A stretch of DNA of 61,018 nt, counting the filler, from Nemertoderma westbladi (Eukaryota; Animalia; Xenacoelomorpha): NCBI GenBank assembly GCA_032718475.1. It is 3 parts of 3 records of this genome, joined end to end, with 100 filler letters (N's around TTAATTAATTAA, not from the genome) between each part and the next. Parts side by side here need not be neighbours in the genome. Positions count along the whole stretch, not along the records: positions 19,691 to 40,698 come from JAUCBJ010005086.1; positions 40,799 to 61,018 come from JAUCBJ010003626.1; 1 more part is not named here. The stretch is one strand, 5' to 3'. The translations under genes and the position numbers were made by a program. Below the pieces are notes generated by a model, which was not told the origin of the DNA, made no database searches, and worked only from the letters and a program-made list of their open reading frames with translations. Shown in pieces: positions 37,282 to 49,269 of the stretch; positions within the stretch are counted from its first letter, which is position 1; every line of letters begins with the position of its first letter.

Positions 37282-40200
37282 TTCTATCTGCCTACTTACT
37301 TACTACATACCTACTATGTACTATTACTTTCCTTTCTCTTACTCTCTTTCTCTATTATTTTATTTATTATATATTTTATTATATTTTGTGTGGGAAGGGC
37401 GTCTCGCCCTCAATCCCACCCCCCTCAGTCCAACATTTGGACGACTAAACACTAAGGTGCGCCCTCTAATAGTCAGCACTTCCCTACAGCCCTCCTGTAG
37501 GTTTTCCTATCTTTCGCCCCTATCTTTCCACCTATCTGCACCTCTACCGATTGGACTCTTCCGTCCTCATCGGAGTAAGTGTCCACTACTCTTGCCAACC
37601 TCCACTGATTATTGATAATGGTGTCATCCGTGACGATCACCAAATCACCCTTCTTTAACTCTCTAGTGGTATTTCTCCACTTACTCCTCCTATGAAGTGT
37701 GGGTAGATATTCCTCGACCCACCTCCTCCAGTACTCCGCGCTTATCGCCAATTTCCAACTCTGTCGGGAGTGTATATCATCTGGTTCTACACCCCGCATG
37801 TCGATGGTCGCATAGAAAGTGACTGGGTGTCAGCACATCTAATGATTCTGGGTCATCATTTTCTGGGTATAGCGGTCTGCTATTAATGATACCCTTGCAC
37901 TTTGCTAGTACCGTCCTTAGTACATCCTCTGTCACCATGTGGGTGTTCATCAACTTCATCATCAGATGCTTGGAACTACCCACGAGTCTCTTGACGCATC
38001 CTAAAGTATGCGGAGCATACGGCGTCCTCCTCTCCCACTTCACCTGTTGTCTTCTCATGGCTGCCCTGACTTCCTCCCCTTCCAGGATGTCCAAGGCCTC
38101 TGCCAGCTCGTTCTCCGCCCCCACAAAGTTGGTTCCATTATCGGAGTATATTACTGCGATTGTCCCACCTTTGCGGTCTCTGAACCTCTCTAGAGCATTG
38201 GTGAATGCCGATGCGATCGCGTCTTTGGCGAGTTCTATTCCTACCACCTGCGTGTTGTTACATACAAAGATAATGCCGTAGCGCTTCTCCGTGTGCCGGC
38301 TCACCCTGATCTTTATCGGCCCAAACATATCTACACAACAGTGCGTGAATGGCGGGTCGTGTTGTCTCACCCTGCTGGACGGTAATGGCGCCATCTCCTG
38401 TATGGCCCGCTCCTTCCTCGTCCGTTGGCAGGTCTGGCACTGCCCCACTACCGCCTTCACCTTCTTTCTTAGCTGTGTGATCTAGAAGGTCCTCCGTATC
38501 TCCGTGAGGGTCCGGTTGGTGCCCCTGTGCAATATCGACTTGTGGGAGTTCCAAATGATCTGGTGGACCATCGGCGATCTATTCGGGATGATGATGGGTT
38601 TCAGTAGGATAATGAGGCTGTTGTTATTTTGCACTCTGGAGTTCATTACTAAGATCCCATCATCATTGAGTTGTGGCGACAGCGTGATGAGCTCGCTGTC
38701 CCGACGAAGATTTTGTTGTTTACTGACGCGCTCCACATCGTCGCCGTTGTTCTTTCTCTGTTCGTAGCGAATCATGGCCTTGGCCGCTCCCTCCAGATCG
38801 ATGTTTGGTTTCCTCTTGGCGTCTTTGCCAATTCCCTTGAGGAAATCCCTGAAGGCTCTCCAGTACGCTACCAACTTCTTGGTCTTGTACCAACTTGTGC
38901 TGTAGCTGAGGAGTTTATCCGTCGGGTTCTTGCATGGTTCTTCTGATTTTGGTTGCACGTCCCTGATCTCCCTCACCATCTGACTATATATCTCTTCACC
39001 TTCTGAGTCTCCTCCCTCTTCCTCTAGTGCTACTTCATCTGAGCCCGGGTCCACCTTCTTTATCGGTGGCCAGGTTGTCTTATCGTTCAGGAATTGTGGC
39101 CCGTGCTGCCACAATACTTCCTTTTTCAAGAAAGTGTGGCATACCACGCCCCTCGATAACAAGTCCGCTGGGTTCTCATCCTTTGGGCAGTAGTGCCACC
39201 TTTCCAACGTAGTCGTCACTCTTATTTCGTCCACCCTATTTGCGACGAATATAGGGTATCTCGTCTTCTCATTGTGTAGCCAACCAAGCACTACCATGGA
39301 GTCCATCCAGTAGTGTGTTTCCACTATGTTGGGAATAGTGTCCATCAAGTAGGCTGTGGCCCTTACTCCTAACCTCGCAGCTGTCAACTCGAGTTTCGGG
39401 ACCGATGCTGAATCTGGCGGCATCGACTTTGCTTTACTGAATGCAAGTCTGGGCTCATGAGCCCCCTCTCGTTGTACTAGTTAGAGTGCCGCTCTGTATG
39501 CTTCCAACGACACATCGGAGAACATGTGTAGATCCAGATTCATCATGTCCCCATCCGGGAAATGCACGCGTGGAATGCTGTATGTGCCCATATGTTCTTA
39601 ACTCTCCATCCACTTGCTCCATTGCTTGCTGATGTCTTCCGGGACCTCTGTATCCCATTTGTCCTTTAGCTTATATACTTTCTTAAGTATTTGCTTCCCC
39701 GTGACTAATAGTGGGGATGCTAGGCCTAGGGGATCGTATATCCTTGCTATGTACGATACATAGCCCCTCTTGGTGTGGATGCCCGCGCCCTCCTGGCTCA
39801 GCTGATACTTGAACTCGTCTGTTTCCCGGTTCCACACGATCCCTAATGCCTTTTGCTGGAATTCCACCCTCTTGCTTACCAAGTCCTGTCCCTTGGCTGT
39901 CGTGGGGTTGTCCATGGTTGACTCTGGCCTCCTGTCCTCCATGGCTTTCATAAATGGATTGGAACTTGGTCAGGTTGAACCAGGATCCCTTTAGGATGTC
40001 GCGAACCTCGCGCCCCGTATCCAGTAGTTCTTTAACCATGTTTCCAGACTCCATTCCGTCGTCTACATAGAAGCCGCATTGAATCATATCAATGGCTTTG
40101 GCACTATATTTCTCCTCTTTCCCCTCTACTGTATCCCTCACAGCCACAGTCGTCGTAAGTGAGGATGACTAGGCCCCCATATTCTGCACCACCATCTTGT

Positions 40201-40698
40201 ACATCGGTATTGTCGATGGTTCCCCATTGCCGTTGTACCATAAGATGCGCTGGCTGTCACTATCCTCCTCCGTCACACGGACTTGGTTGAACATGCCTTC
40301 AATGTCGCAGGTGAAGGCGTGCCTCCCGTTTCTGAATCTGAGTAGGACCTCGATTCCTGAGTTATAGATACTGGGACCCTCCAGCAGGTAATCGTTTAGG
40401 CATTTGCCATTGGTCTTAGCCGATGCGTCAACTACCATCCTCAGTTTACCTTTCTTCGGGTCTAGAGCCACGTGAAGTGGCAGGTAATAGGTCCTATCCG
40501 TGTTCGGTTCGTCGAACGGTAACTCCACGGCCCATCCTTTCTCGACATACTTTCTTATTATTCTATGAATGTACTCATTCTTTTTGGGGCTCCGTTTTAG
40601 CGTTTGCTTCAACTTGCGAAGCCTCATGAGTACCATTCCTTTGTTGTCCGGTAGCAGTAATTTTGGTTGTTTCCATACCATCCCTATGGTGTACCGCC

Positions 40699-40798
40699 NN
40701 NNNNNNNNNNNNNNNNNNNNNNNNNNNNNNNNNNNNNNNNNNTTAATTAATTAANNNNNNNNNNNNNNNNNNNNNNNNNNNNNNNNNNNNNNNNNNNN
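40699..40798. other. Assembly gap with TTAATTAATTAA linker
   Basis: N run with an embedded linker identical to the first gap. Confidence 0.97.
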
Positions 40799-41410
40799 TA
40801 ATAAAAAATGTTATAAATTTGTTTTTAGAAATTTTTCATGTGTTGTAACGCTCGTTTATTAAAGAAAAACTTTTGAGTGTGAAATGTGTATGTGACAAAG
40901 TAAGTATTTTCCGAAAGATATTTTTATTGGCTATCCGTATACATACGATTGAATGCGAAACGATAAGTCTAACAGAAGTTATGCCCAAAAGTTAACCAAG
41001 CAGTTTTTTTACGTTATTGGAAATGTCCCCTTTGTAACGCCCTTATTTTCGCTCTAACTTTTCTTCTACAAATCGGATTTACTCAATTTAAAGATTTTTT
41101 TTATCCTATTGTATCATAATAATATTTTCAATATACGTCATAATATATATAATACGTTCATATTATTATCTTATTTAATTGGTCAGTTTTAACTCTAGCG
41201 ACTACCTGATTGGTTTAAACTTGCGTTACATATGAGACAAAGCGTAACCGACGAGACATACGTTTTTCGTCCATAACCTCTTTGTTATTGGTAGAAAAAA
41301 TTAATCACTATATGAAATTTGAAATCAGCACGAAAGTTTTTTTATAACCTGGAATTTGGCCACTTTTTGTGCAAACGACCCAGCTGATTTTTGAGTGCTG
41401 GTAAAAAGTA

Positions 41411-41590
41411 CCGTATTTACTCGAATAAGAGCCCCCCCCCCCCCCCCCCCCCCCCCCCTCGAATAAACGCCCCCTCAAATAAACGCCCCCTCGAATTAAC
41501 GCCCCCCTTACCGTCAAATTAGCAACTTAAACGCCTTCCCCGAATAAACGCCCCGGCGTTTAATAATATTACAATGTGGGGCGTTAACAT
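41411..41590 (+). mobile_element. Left end of a pogo/Tigger-like MITE
   Basis: TA|CCGTATTTACTCGAATAAG followed by subterminal repeats CGAATAAACGCCCC; right end not found. Confidence 0.6.
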
Positions 41591-41818
41591 TGTTGAGAGT
41601 TAACTGATTGTTAAGACTGAAGGTAAATGTAGTGGGTGTTGTACCGCTGTAATAGGCTGCATTGTAATAAAGATAATCCTGGTTTTATTTGTATTATTTC
41701 ATTTGTTCAACTTCTTTTCTTGGATTTAACAACATTCTTTATTAATTAGGGTATTTAGGTTATTTATGGTATTTATATTCAAAATGCTGAAAATCTAGAA
41801 CATAAACATAAACGCATA

Positions 41819-44800
41819 AGTGTAAGCTATGTGGGAGAGGAGTGTAAGCTATGTGGGAGAGGAGTGTAAGCTATGTGGGAGAGGAGTGTAAGCTATATGG
41901 GAGAGGAGTGTAAGCTATGTGGGAGAGGAGTGTAAGCTATATGGGAGAGGAGTGTAAGCTATATGGGAGAGGAGTGTAAGCTATATGGGAGAGGAGTGTA
42001 AGCTATATGGGAGAGGAGTGTAAGCTATATGGGAGAGGAGTGTAAGCTATATGGGAGAGGAGTGTAAGCTATATGGGAGAGGAGTGTAAGCTATATGGGA
42101 GAGGAGTGTAAGCTATATGGGAGAGGAGTGTAAGCTATATGGGAGAGGAGTGTAAGCTATATGGGAGAGGAGTGTAAGCTATATTGGAGAGGAGTGTAAG
42201 CTATATGGGAGAGGAGTGTAAGCTATATGGGAGAGGAGTGTAAGCTATATCGGAGAGGAGTGTAAGCTATATGGGAGATGAGTGTAAGCTATATGGGAGA
42301 GGAGTGTAAGCTATATGGGAGAGGAGTGTAAGCTATATGGGAGAGGAGTGTAAGCTATAATGGGAGAGGAGTGTAAGCTATATTGGAGAGGAGTGTAAGC
42401 TATATGGGAGAGGAGTGTAAGCTATATGGGAGAGGAGTGTAAGCTATATGGGAGAGGAGTGTAAGCTATATGGGAGAGGAGTGTAAGCTATATGGGAGAG
42501 GAGTGTAAGCTATATGGGAGAGGAGTGTAAGCTATATGGGAGAGGAGTGTAAGCTGCTATATGGGAGAGGAGTGTAAGCTGCTATATGGGAGACGAGTGT
42601 AAGCTATATGGGAGAGGAGTGTAAGCTATATGGGAGACGAGTGTAAGCTATATGGGAGACAAGTGTAAGCTATATGGGAGAGGAGTGTAAGCTATGTGGG
42701 AGAGGAGTGTAAGCTGCTATATGGGAGAGGAGTGTAAGCTATATGGGAGAGGAGTGTAAGCTATATGGGAGAGGAGTGTAAGCTATATGGGAGAGGAGTG
42801 TAAGCTATATGGGAGAGGAGTGTAAGCTATATGGGAGACGAGTGTAAGCTATATGGGAGAGGACTGTAAGCTATGTGGGAGAGGAGTGTAAGCTGCTATA
42901 TGGGAGAGGAGTGTAAGCTATATGGGAGAGGAGTGTAAGCTATATGGGAGAGGAGTGTAAGCTATATGGGGGAGGAGTGTAAGCTATATGGGAGAGGAGT
43001 GTAAGCTATATGGGAGAGGAGTGTAAGCTATATGGGAGAGGAGTGTAAGCTATATGGGAGAGGAGTGTAAGCTATATGGGAGAGGAGTGTAAGCTACTAT
43101 ATGGGAGAGGAGTGTAAGCTATATGGGAGAGGAGTGTAATCTATATGGGAGATGAGTGTAAGCTATATGGGAGAGGAGTGTAAGCTATATGGGAGAGGAG
43201 TGTAAGCTGCTATATGGGAGAGGAGTGTAAGCTGCTATATGGGAGAGGAGTGTAAGCTATATGGGAGAGGAGTGTAATCTATATGGGAGATGAGTGTAAG
43301 CTATATGGGAGAGGAGTGTAAGCTATATGGGAGAGGAGTGTAAGCTGCTATATGGGAGAGGAGTGTAAGCTGCTATATGGGAGAGGAGTGTAAGCTATAT
43401 GGGAGAGGAGTGTAAGCTATATGGGAGAGAGGAGTGTAAGCTATATGGGAGAGGAGTGTAAGCTGCTATCTATATGGGAGAGGAGTGTAAGCTGCTATAT
43501 GGGAGAGGAGTGTAAGCTATATGGGAGAGGAGTGTAAGCTATATGGGAGAGAGGAGTGTAAGCTATATGGGAGAGGAGTGTAAGCTATATGGGAGAGGAG
43601 TGTAAGCTATATGGGAGAGGAGTGTAAGCTATATGGGAGAGGAGTGTAAGCTATATGGGAGACGAGTGTAAGCTATATGGGAGAGGAGTGTAAGCTGCTA
43701 TATGGGAGAGGAGTGTAAGCTATATGGGAGAGGAGTGTAATCTATATGGGAGATGAGTGTAAGCTATATGGGAGAGGAGTGTAAGCTATATGGGAGAGGA
43801 GTGTAAGCTGCTATATGGGAGAGGAGTGTAAGCTGCTATATGGGAGGGGAGTGTAAGCTTTATGGGAGAGGAGTGTAAGCTATATGGGAGAGGAGTGTAA
43901 TCTATATGGGAGATGAGTGTAAGCTATATGGGAGAGGAGTGTAAGCTATATGGGAGAGGAGTGTAAGCTGCTATATGGGAGAGGAGTGTAAGCTGCTATA
44001 TGGGAGGGGAGTGTAAGCTTTATGGGAGAGGAGTGTAAGCTATATGGGAGAGAGGAGTGTAAGCTATATGGGAGACGAGTGTAAGCTATATGGGAGAGGA
44101 GTGTAAGCTATATGGGAGATGAGTGTAAGCTATATGGGAGAGGAGTGTAAGCTATATGGGAGACGAGTGTAAGCTATATGGGAGAGGAGTGTAAGCTGCT
44201 ATATGGGAGAGGAGTGTAAGCTATATGGGAGAGGAGTGTAAGCTATATGGGAGACGAGTGTAAGCTATATGGGAGATGAGTGTAAGCTATATGGGAGAGG
44301 AGTGTAAGCTATATGGGAGACGAGTGTAAGCTATATGGGAGAGGAGTGTAAGCTGCTATATGGGAGAGGAGTGTAAGATATATGGGAGAGGAGTGTAAGC
44401 TATATGGGAGATGAGTGTAAGCTATATGGGAGAGGAGTGTAAGCTATATGGGAGAGGAGTGTAAGCTATATGGGAGAGGAGTGTAAGCTATATGGGAGAG
44501 GAGTGTAAGCTATATGGGAAACGAGTGTAAGCTATATGGGAGAGGAGTGTAAGCTGCTATATGGGAGAGGAGTGTAACCTGTATGGGAGAGGAGTGTAAG
44601 CTATATGGGAGATGAGTGTAAGCTATATGGGAGAGGAGTGTAAGCTGCTATATGGGAGAGGAGTGTAAGCTGCTATATGGGAGAGGAGTGTAAGCTATAT
44701 GGGAGAGGAGTGTAAGCTATATGGGAGATGAGTGTAAGCTATATGGGAAAGGAGTGTAAGCTATATGGGAGAGGAGTGTAAGCTATATGGGAGAGGAGTG

Positions 44801-45712
44801 TAAGCTGCTATATGGGAGAGGAGTGTAAGCTGCTATATGGGAGAGGAGTGTAAGCTATATGGGAGAGGAGTGTAAGCTATATGGGAGACGAGTGTAAGCT
44901 ATATGGGAGAGGAGTGTAAGCTATGTGGGAGAGGAGTGTAAGCTGCTATATGGGAGAGGAGTGTAAGCTATATGGGAGAGGAGTGTAAGCTGCTATATGG
45001 GAGAGGAGTGTAAGCTATATGGGAGATGAGTGTAAGCTATATGGGAGATGAGTGTAAGCTATATGGGAGAGGAGTGTAAGCTATATGGGAGAGGAGTGTA
45101 AGCTATATGGGAGAGGAGTGTAAGCTATATGGGAGAGGAGTGTAAGCTATATGGGAGAGGAGTGTAAGCTGCTATATGGGAGAGGAGTGTAAGCTATATG
45201 GGAGATGAGTGTAAGCTATATGGGAGATGAGTGTAAGCTATATGGGAGAGGAGTGTAAGCTATATGGGAGAGGAGTGTAAGCTATATGGGAGAGGAGTGT
45301 AAGCTGCTATATGGGAGAGGAGTGTAAGCTATATGGGAGAGGAGTGTAAGCTATATGGGAGAGGAGTGTAAGCTATATGGGAGACGAGTGTAAGCTATAT
45401 GGGAGAGGAGTGTAAGCTGCTATATGGGAGAGGAGTTTAAGCTATATGGGAGAGGAGTGTAAGCTGCTATATGGGAGAGGAGTGTAAGCTATATGGGAGA
45501 GGAGTGTAAGCTATATGGGAGAGGAGTGTAAGCTATATGGGAGACGAGTGTAAGCTATATGGGAGAGGAGTGTAAGCTGCTATATGGGAGAGGAGTGTAA
45601 GCTATATGGGAGACGAGTGTAAGCTATATGGGAGAGGAGTGTAAGCTATATGGGAGACGAGTGTAAGCTATATGGGAGAGGAGTGTAAGCTGCTATGTGG
45701 GAGAGGAGTGTA
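41819..45712. repeat. Tandem satellite, 22-bp unit (AGTGTAAGCTATATGGGAGAGG) with 25-bp variants, ~175 copies
   Basis: Period 22; recurrent GCT-insertion and GAT/GAC variants. Confidence 0.98.
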
Positions 45713-45970
45713 CGATATTATCAGTTCCACTCAACACAAATAGAAGGATTGATGAGCATCCCAACTTATCTGAAATAGTTACTATTTTTTATTTGAAATA
45801 GTTTACTTTATATTGTGAAAAATTTACCATACGAGATTCTATATTTAAATAATATTAGGTCCATGCAGATACCCGCCGCAGTTAAGCCACCGCTGTCTTG
45901 TATTAGTGTGCTCATAATTACGTGACTCGCCCCTCTCATCTTTACGATGTATTTTATTTTCATTAATTAG

Positions 45971-46152
45971 CCGATGTTGCGGATTTGGAAATTTTGGAAA
46001 AATTAGGCCGGAACCAGGAACTGCAGGCGAAAGCGATTGGTACTAGGGATGATATTACGGTGACACCTGCACCGCCAGTGAAGGAGGTTCGAATAGTGGA
46101 CGACAGGGACAAAGACGCCCGCGACATCAAGGCTGCTACACTCCCCGCTAAG
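45971..46152 (+). CDS. Host exon, probably the penultimate exon of adducin (tail region)
   Basis: Pyrimidine tract ending attag; open frame xDVADLEILEK…AATLPAK; AAG|GTAATA donor; phase 0 matches exon 57514. Confidence 0.6.
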
Positions 46153-46532
46153 GTAATATAAATGTTTACTTTGGCTATTTTGTTACGGTTCATTCGCCAT
46201 CCACAATACACAACTTTTAATCCCTCTGCTGGAATGTAGGTCGTATATTTTTTAAATTTTTTTTCTGTAGTTGAATGAAGGCCGCAATATAACTCTTGAA
46301 GTTATTGATGTGGATAATAAAGCAGCTGAATCCGACGAAGAGAAGGTTAGTAGTAGTTGTTAGTAGGAGATTCGGTTTAATTATTGTAGGACATCCAATC
46401 ATAAGTAGGGTTTATAAAAATAATGGAAGATTAGCTAATAAAGCTGAAAGCTCATGCGTGACCATAGAGACAAGTTGCGACAGGTAGTGCTGACTGCAGC
46501 AGCTGAACACTGAAGTTAATTCAAATAATTCC

Positions 46533-48797
46533 ATGATGATACTGATAATGATTCCAGCACCAATCAAGATAGCCTGGAACAAAGTAACGCCTGCACAACA
46601 GGAATTGTATCAATCAGATGTTGCAAAACAACTAATGGACTTGGGTAATGCATTCAACATTTCGAATATTAACTGGACAGTTTCTACTTTAACTGAGTAT
46701 GTTGAACGAATTCAAATGGTAATTAACAATTGTGCCGCTCTCCACCTGCCCCCATTAAAGGTCAGACGCCAGACCAAGAATCTAAGAATTAGATCGGCTG
46801 AACTACACGACAGATCTAAAACTTGCAAACAGCTTCATAATTTGTGGTTGAAAAACAACAAAAGTAATTCCTGCATATACGGGCAAGCATATAAAGAATC
46901 ACGGCGATCTATCCGCAGGATGAGGAACTGGTTGGCTAAATCAATTGTTGCCAGTAACATAAGAAAGAAGGCCAGCTATATGCACACAAACCCAAGGAAG
47001 TTTTGGTCCACCTTCAATGCAAAGGGCTCTAGTATCCCTCCACCAGCAGCTCAAATCGCAATTGAATCCGATCTGGTCTCAAACAATATTCAAGATGCCT
47101 TCTTTGATGAGTCCATTAATCAGATCGTGAATGACCTCAGAGTTTTACAGAACAATGCAACCCTTCCTATTATTTCACCAGAAACAATCAGAAAAGCAAT
47201 TTCTAGTTTAGGTAAAGGCAAATCTCCAGACGCATACTCGCTTGTAGTGGAACACTTTTTACTTCTAGACTGCGATCTGATCTGTCGAACTATGGCTGAT
47301 GTCATTAATATGTGTTTCAAATTAGGTGAAGTTCCCCCTTGTTTCGGTAAAACTATTGTAACAAGTTTGTACATGGGCAAAGAAAGGGATCCACTGCTAA
47401 GCAAATCTTATCGTCCTATCTCCTCTGTTAGTATTTTCGGTAAGATCTTCGAATCTGTATTACTCCACGAATTCATCCAAATTGCTGAACATATCCTTAG
47501 CTCACAGTTTGCATACCGTCGAAAAATCGGGACAGATGTTATAATCAGTGGTGTTCTAGAATTCCTCGAAGCACAACGGAAAAAGGGAACCAGTGTCTTC
47601 ATATGTCAACTAGATATGTCGGGGGCTTTTAACAATGTAGAACTTAGTATTCTCTTTAGAAGGTTAATGAATTATATCAACCCTCACATATGCTTAGCTT
47701 TGTTGTCTTATTATATGCAAACTGTCGCTCATCTGAAATTTGGTGGTCTCATTAACGACCAGGGTATCAAGCTCATTAGAGGATTAAAACAAGGATCTTT
47801 GCTATCTCCGATGTTGTTCAATTTCTACACCAAGGGCGTGTTGGAGAAACTGAAAGAATCTGGTTTTGGAGAAAATCTTACCGATCTGTGGTTGGGAATT
47901 GTTGCATACGCAGATGACCTTCTAATCTGTGCAAGATCTGTATCTGACCTTGAGGTCATTACAGGTATAGTTATCGACAAACTGCAAGAATCAAATCTGG
48001 AAGTGGAGGACAGCAAAACTCGATGGAACTACCACCTTGGAAGCGGCTGTTCAAAATTCGCAGTTCCTACTTTTCTGAATATCGGGGGCACCTTTATCCC
48101 TTCTCACCCGAAACTGAACTTCCTTAGCTTCACATTACCGACTGGTCACAGCAACCACCTTCAGGAGTGTATCCAGTGTGTTTATCGTGCTTCCGATATT
48201 TTTCATCGCCGCAGCTGGACTACTCGTCATTTGGACTATGATACCGTCGGATTTCTTTGGCGCATGATAGGAGTACCATCCATCACCCACTCAGTTCGGT
48301 TCTTGGCGGGATCACTTAGTAAAGTCGAAAGCCGCAAATTAGAGATTGAGTATCGGAAGGCCCTTCGGAGTCTCTTACTGGTCGGCCCCTACGTTAACAA
48401 CCAGATCATTTACAATCTACTTGGATGCCGCCCTCTACACAATGAAGTATACAAACAGTGCATAGGTACCATACTAAGAGTTGCTAGCTGCCCAGTCCCA
48501 TTCTTACAATCACTTATCAAATCAGCCTCGCGGTTCAATAGCTGCTCGAACACAAACTATGTAGGCTTGACTTCTGCATACGCGAAATGCAGAAGCAATT
48601 ACCCAATGCCCAGTCTGCACAGTCTACTCACCTATACCTACTGTAAACGTTCCCTCTTTAACCGTGCTAAGACTGAACCACTAACAATCAGTGAAACTGT
48701 TGGGATGAACTTCATTAAAAACTGCTACAGCAACAGTAACTGCGGAAATTTCATATCTAAGCATAAACGTATCCTGTCTTATTTTAATGTCGTTTGA
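46533..48797 (+). CDS. LINE ORF2 reverse transcriptase (5'-truncated, uninterrupted 754 aa)
   Basis: GKSPD, SYRPIS, QFAYR, LDMSGAFNNV, GLKQGSLLSP, YADD. Confidence 0.95.
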   Translation: MMILIMIPAPIKIAWNKVTPAQQELYQSDVAKQLMDLGNAFNISNINWTVSTLTEYVERIQMVINNCAALHLPPLKVRRQTKNLRIRSAELHDRSKTCKQLHNLWLKNNKSNSCIYGQAYKESRRSIRRMRNWLAKSIVASNIRKKASYMHTNPRKFWSTFNAKGSSIPPPAAQIAIESDLVSNNIQDAFFDESINQIVNDLRVLQNNATLPIISPETIRKAISSLGKGKSPDAYSLVVEHFLLLDCDLICRTMADVINMCFKLGEVPPCFGKTIVTSLYMGKERDPLLSKSYRPISSVSIFGKIFESVLLHEFIQIAEHILSSQFAYRRKIGTDVIISGVLEFLEAQRKKGTSVFICQLDMSGAFNNVELSILFRRLMNYINPHICLALLSYYMQTVAHLKFGGLINDQGIKLIRGLKQGSLLSPMLFNFYTKGVLEKLKESGFGENLTDLWLGIVAYADDLLICARSVSDLEVITGIVIDKLQESNLEVEDSKTRWNYHLGSGCSKFAVPTFLNIGGTFIPSHPKLNFLSFTLPTGHSNHLQECIQCVYRASDIFHRRSWTTRHLDYDTVGFLWRMIGVPSITHSVRFLAGSLSKVESRKLEIEYRKALRSLLLVGPYVNNQIIYNLLGCRPLHNEVYKQCIGTILRVASCPVPFLQSLIKSASRFNSCSNTNYVGLTSAYAKCRSNYPMPSLHSLLTYTYCKRSLFNRAKTEPLTISETVGMNFIKNCYSNSNCGNFISKHKRILSYFNVV

Positions 48798-49233
48798 ACA
48801 TCTGTCCGATGCCTGTTTGCGTGTTGTGCTGCAAATATATTTTATTGATTCAATCATCCCGAGACCGTCAATGATTATTACGGACCATATTATTTACCTT
48901 ATATTACCCATATTGATCTGATTTTGTTCGTGCTGTGCACATTTTATCTTCTTATAACAATGTGTGTGTACCCGTACCGGTATACTAACTGCCTCAGTTT
49001 TCACCAAAAACACAACTTGATCCTAAGATACTTTGATACTTTAACATTGCAGAATAGATCATATTATGGTGCATTTTAATTTATATAAATTTTTACTATA
49101 GTGCTGTGCTGTGCACATTTTATTTAATGGGCTACTTTCTGTGTAGATAATCTGTGTAGATATACTTTCTGTGTCGATATCTGTCATTTGTGTTTGCGCC
49201 ATATTTTTAAACTTTTATTGTCGGCAAGTCCGA

Positions 49234-49265
<32 letters not shown>

Positions 49266-49269
49266 TAAT
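46533..49269 (+). mobile_element. 5'-truncated LINE with 3' UTR and (TAA)n tail
   Basis: RT ORF followed by an AT-rich UTR ending in (TAA)n at ~49243-49269. Confidence 0.9.

Larger units (their letters stand above)
34310..40698 (-). mobile_element. BEL/Pao LTR retrotransposon (5' part lost in the gap) with an extra 3' ORF
   Basis: RT RMVVDAS…DIEGMFNQV…FYVDD; RIYDPLG; VPKLEL…ENPADLLSRG; integrase VDMFGP…SDNGTNFVGA; W..EYLPTL..RSKW tail; PPT followed by TG at 34340. Confidence 0.95.
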
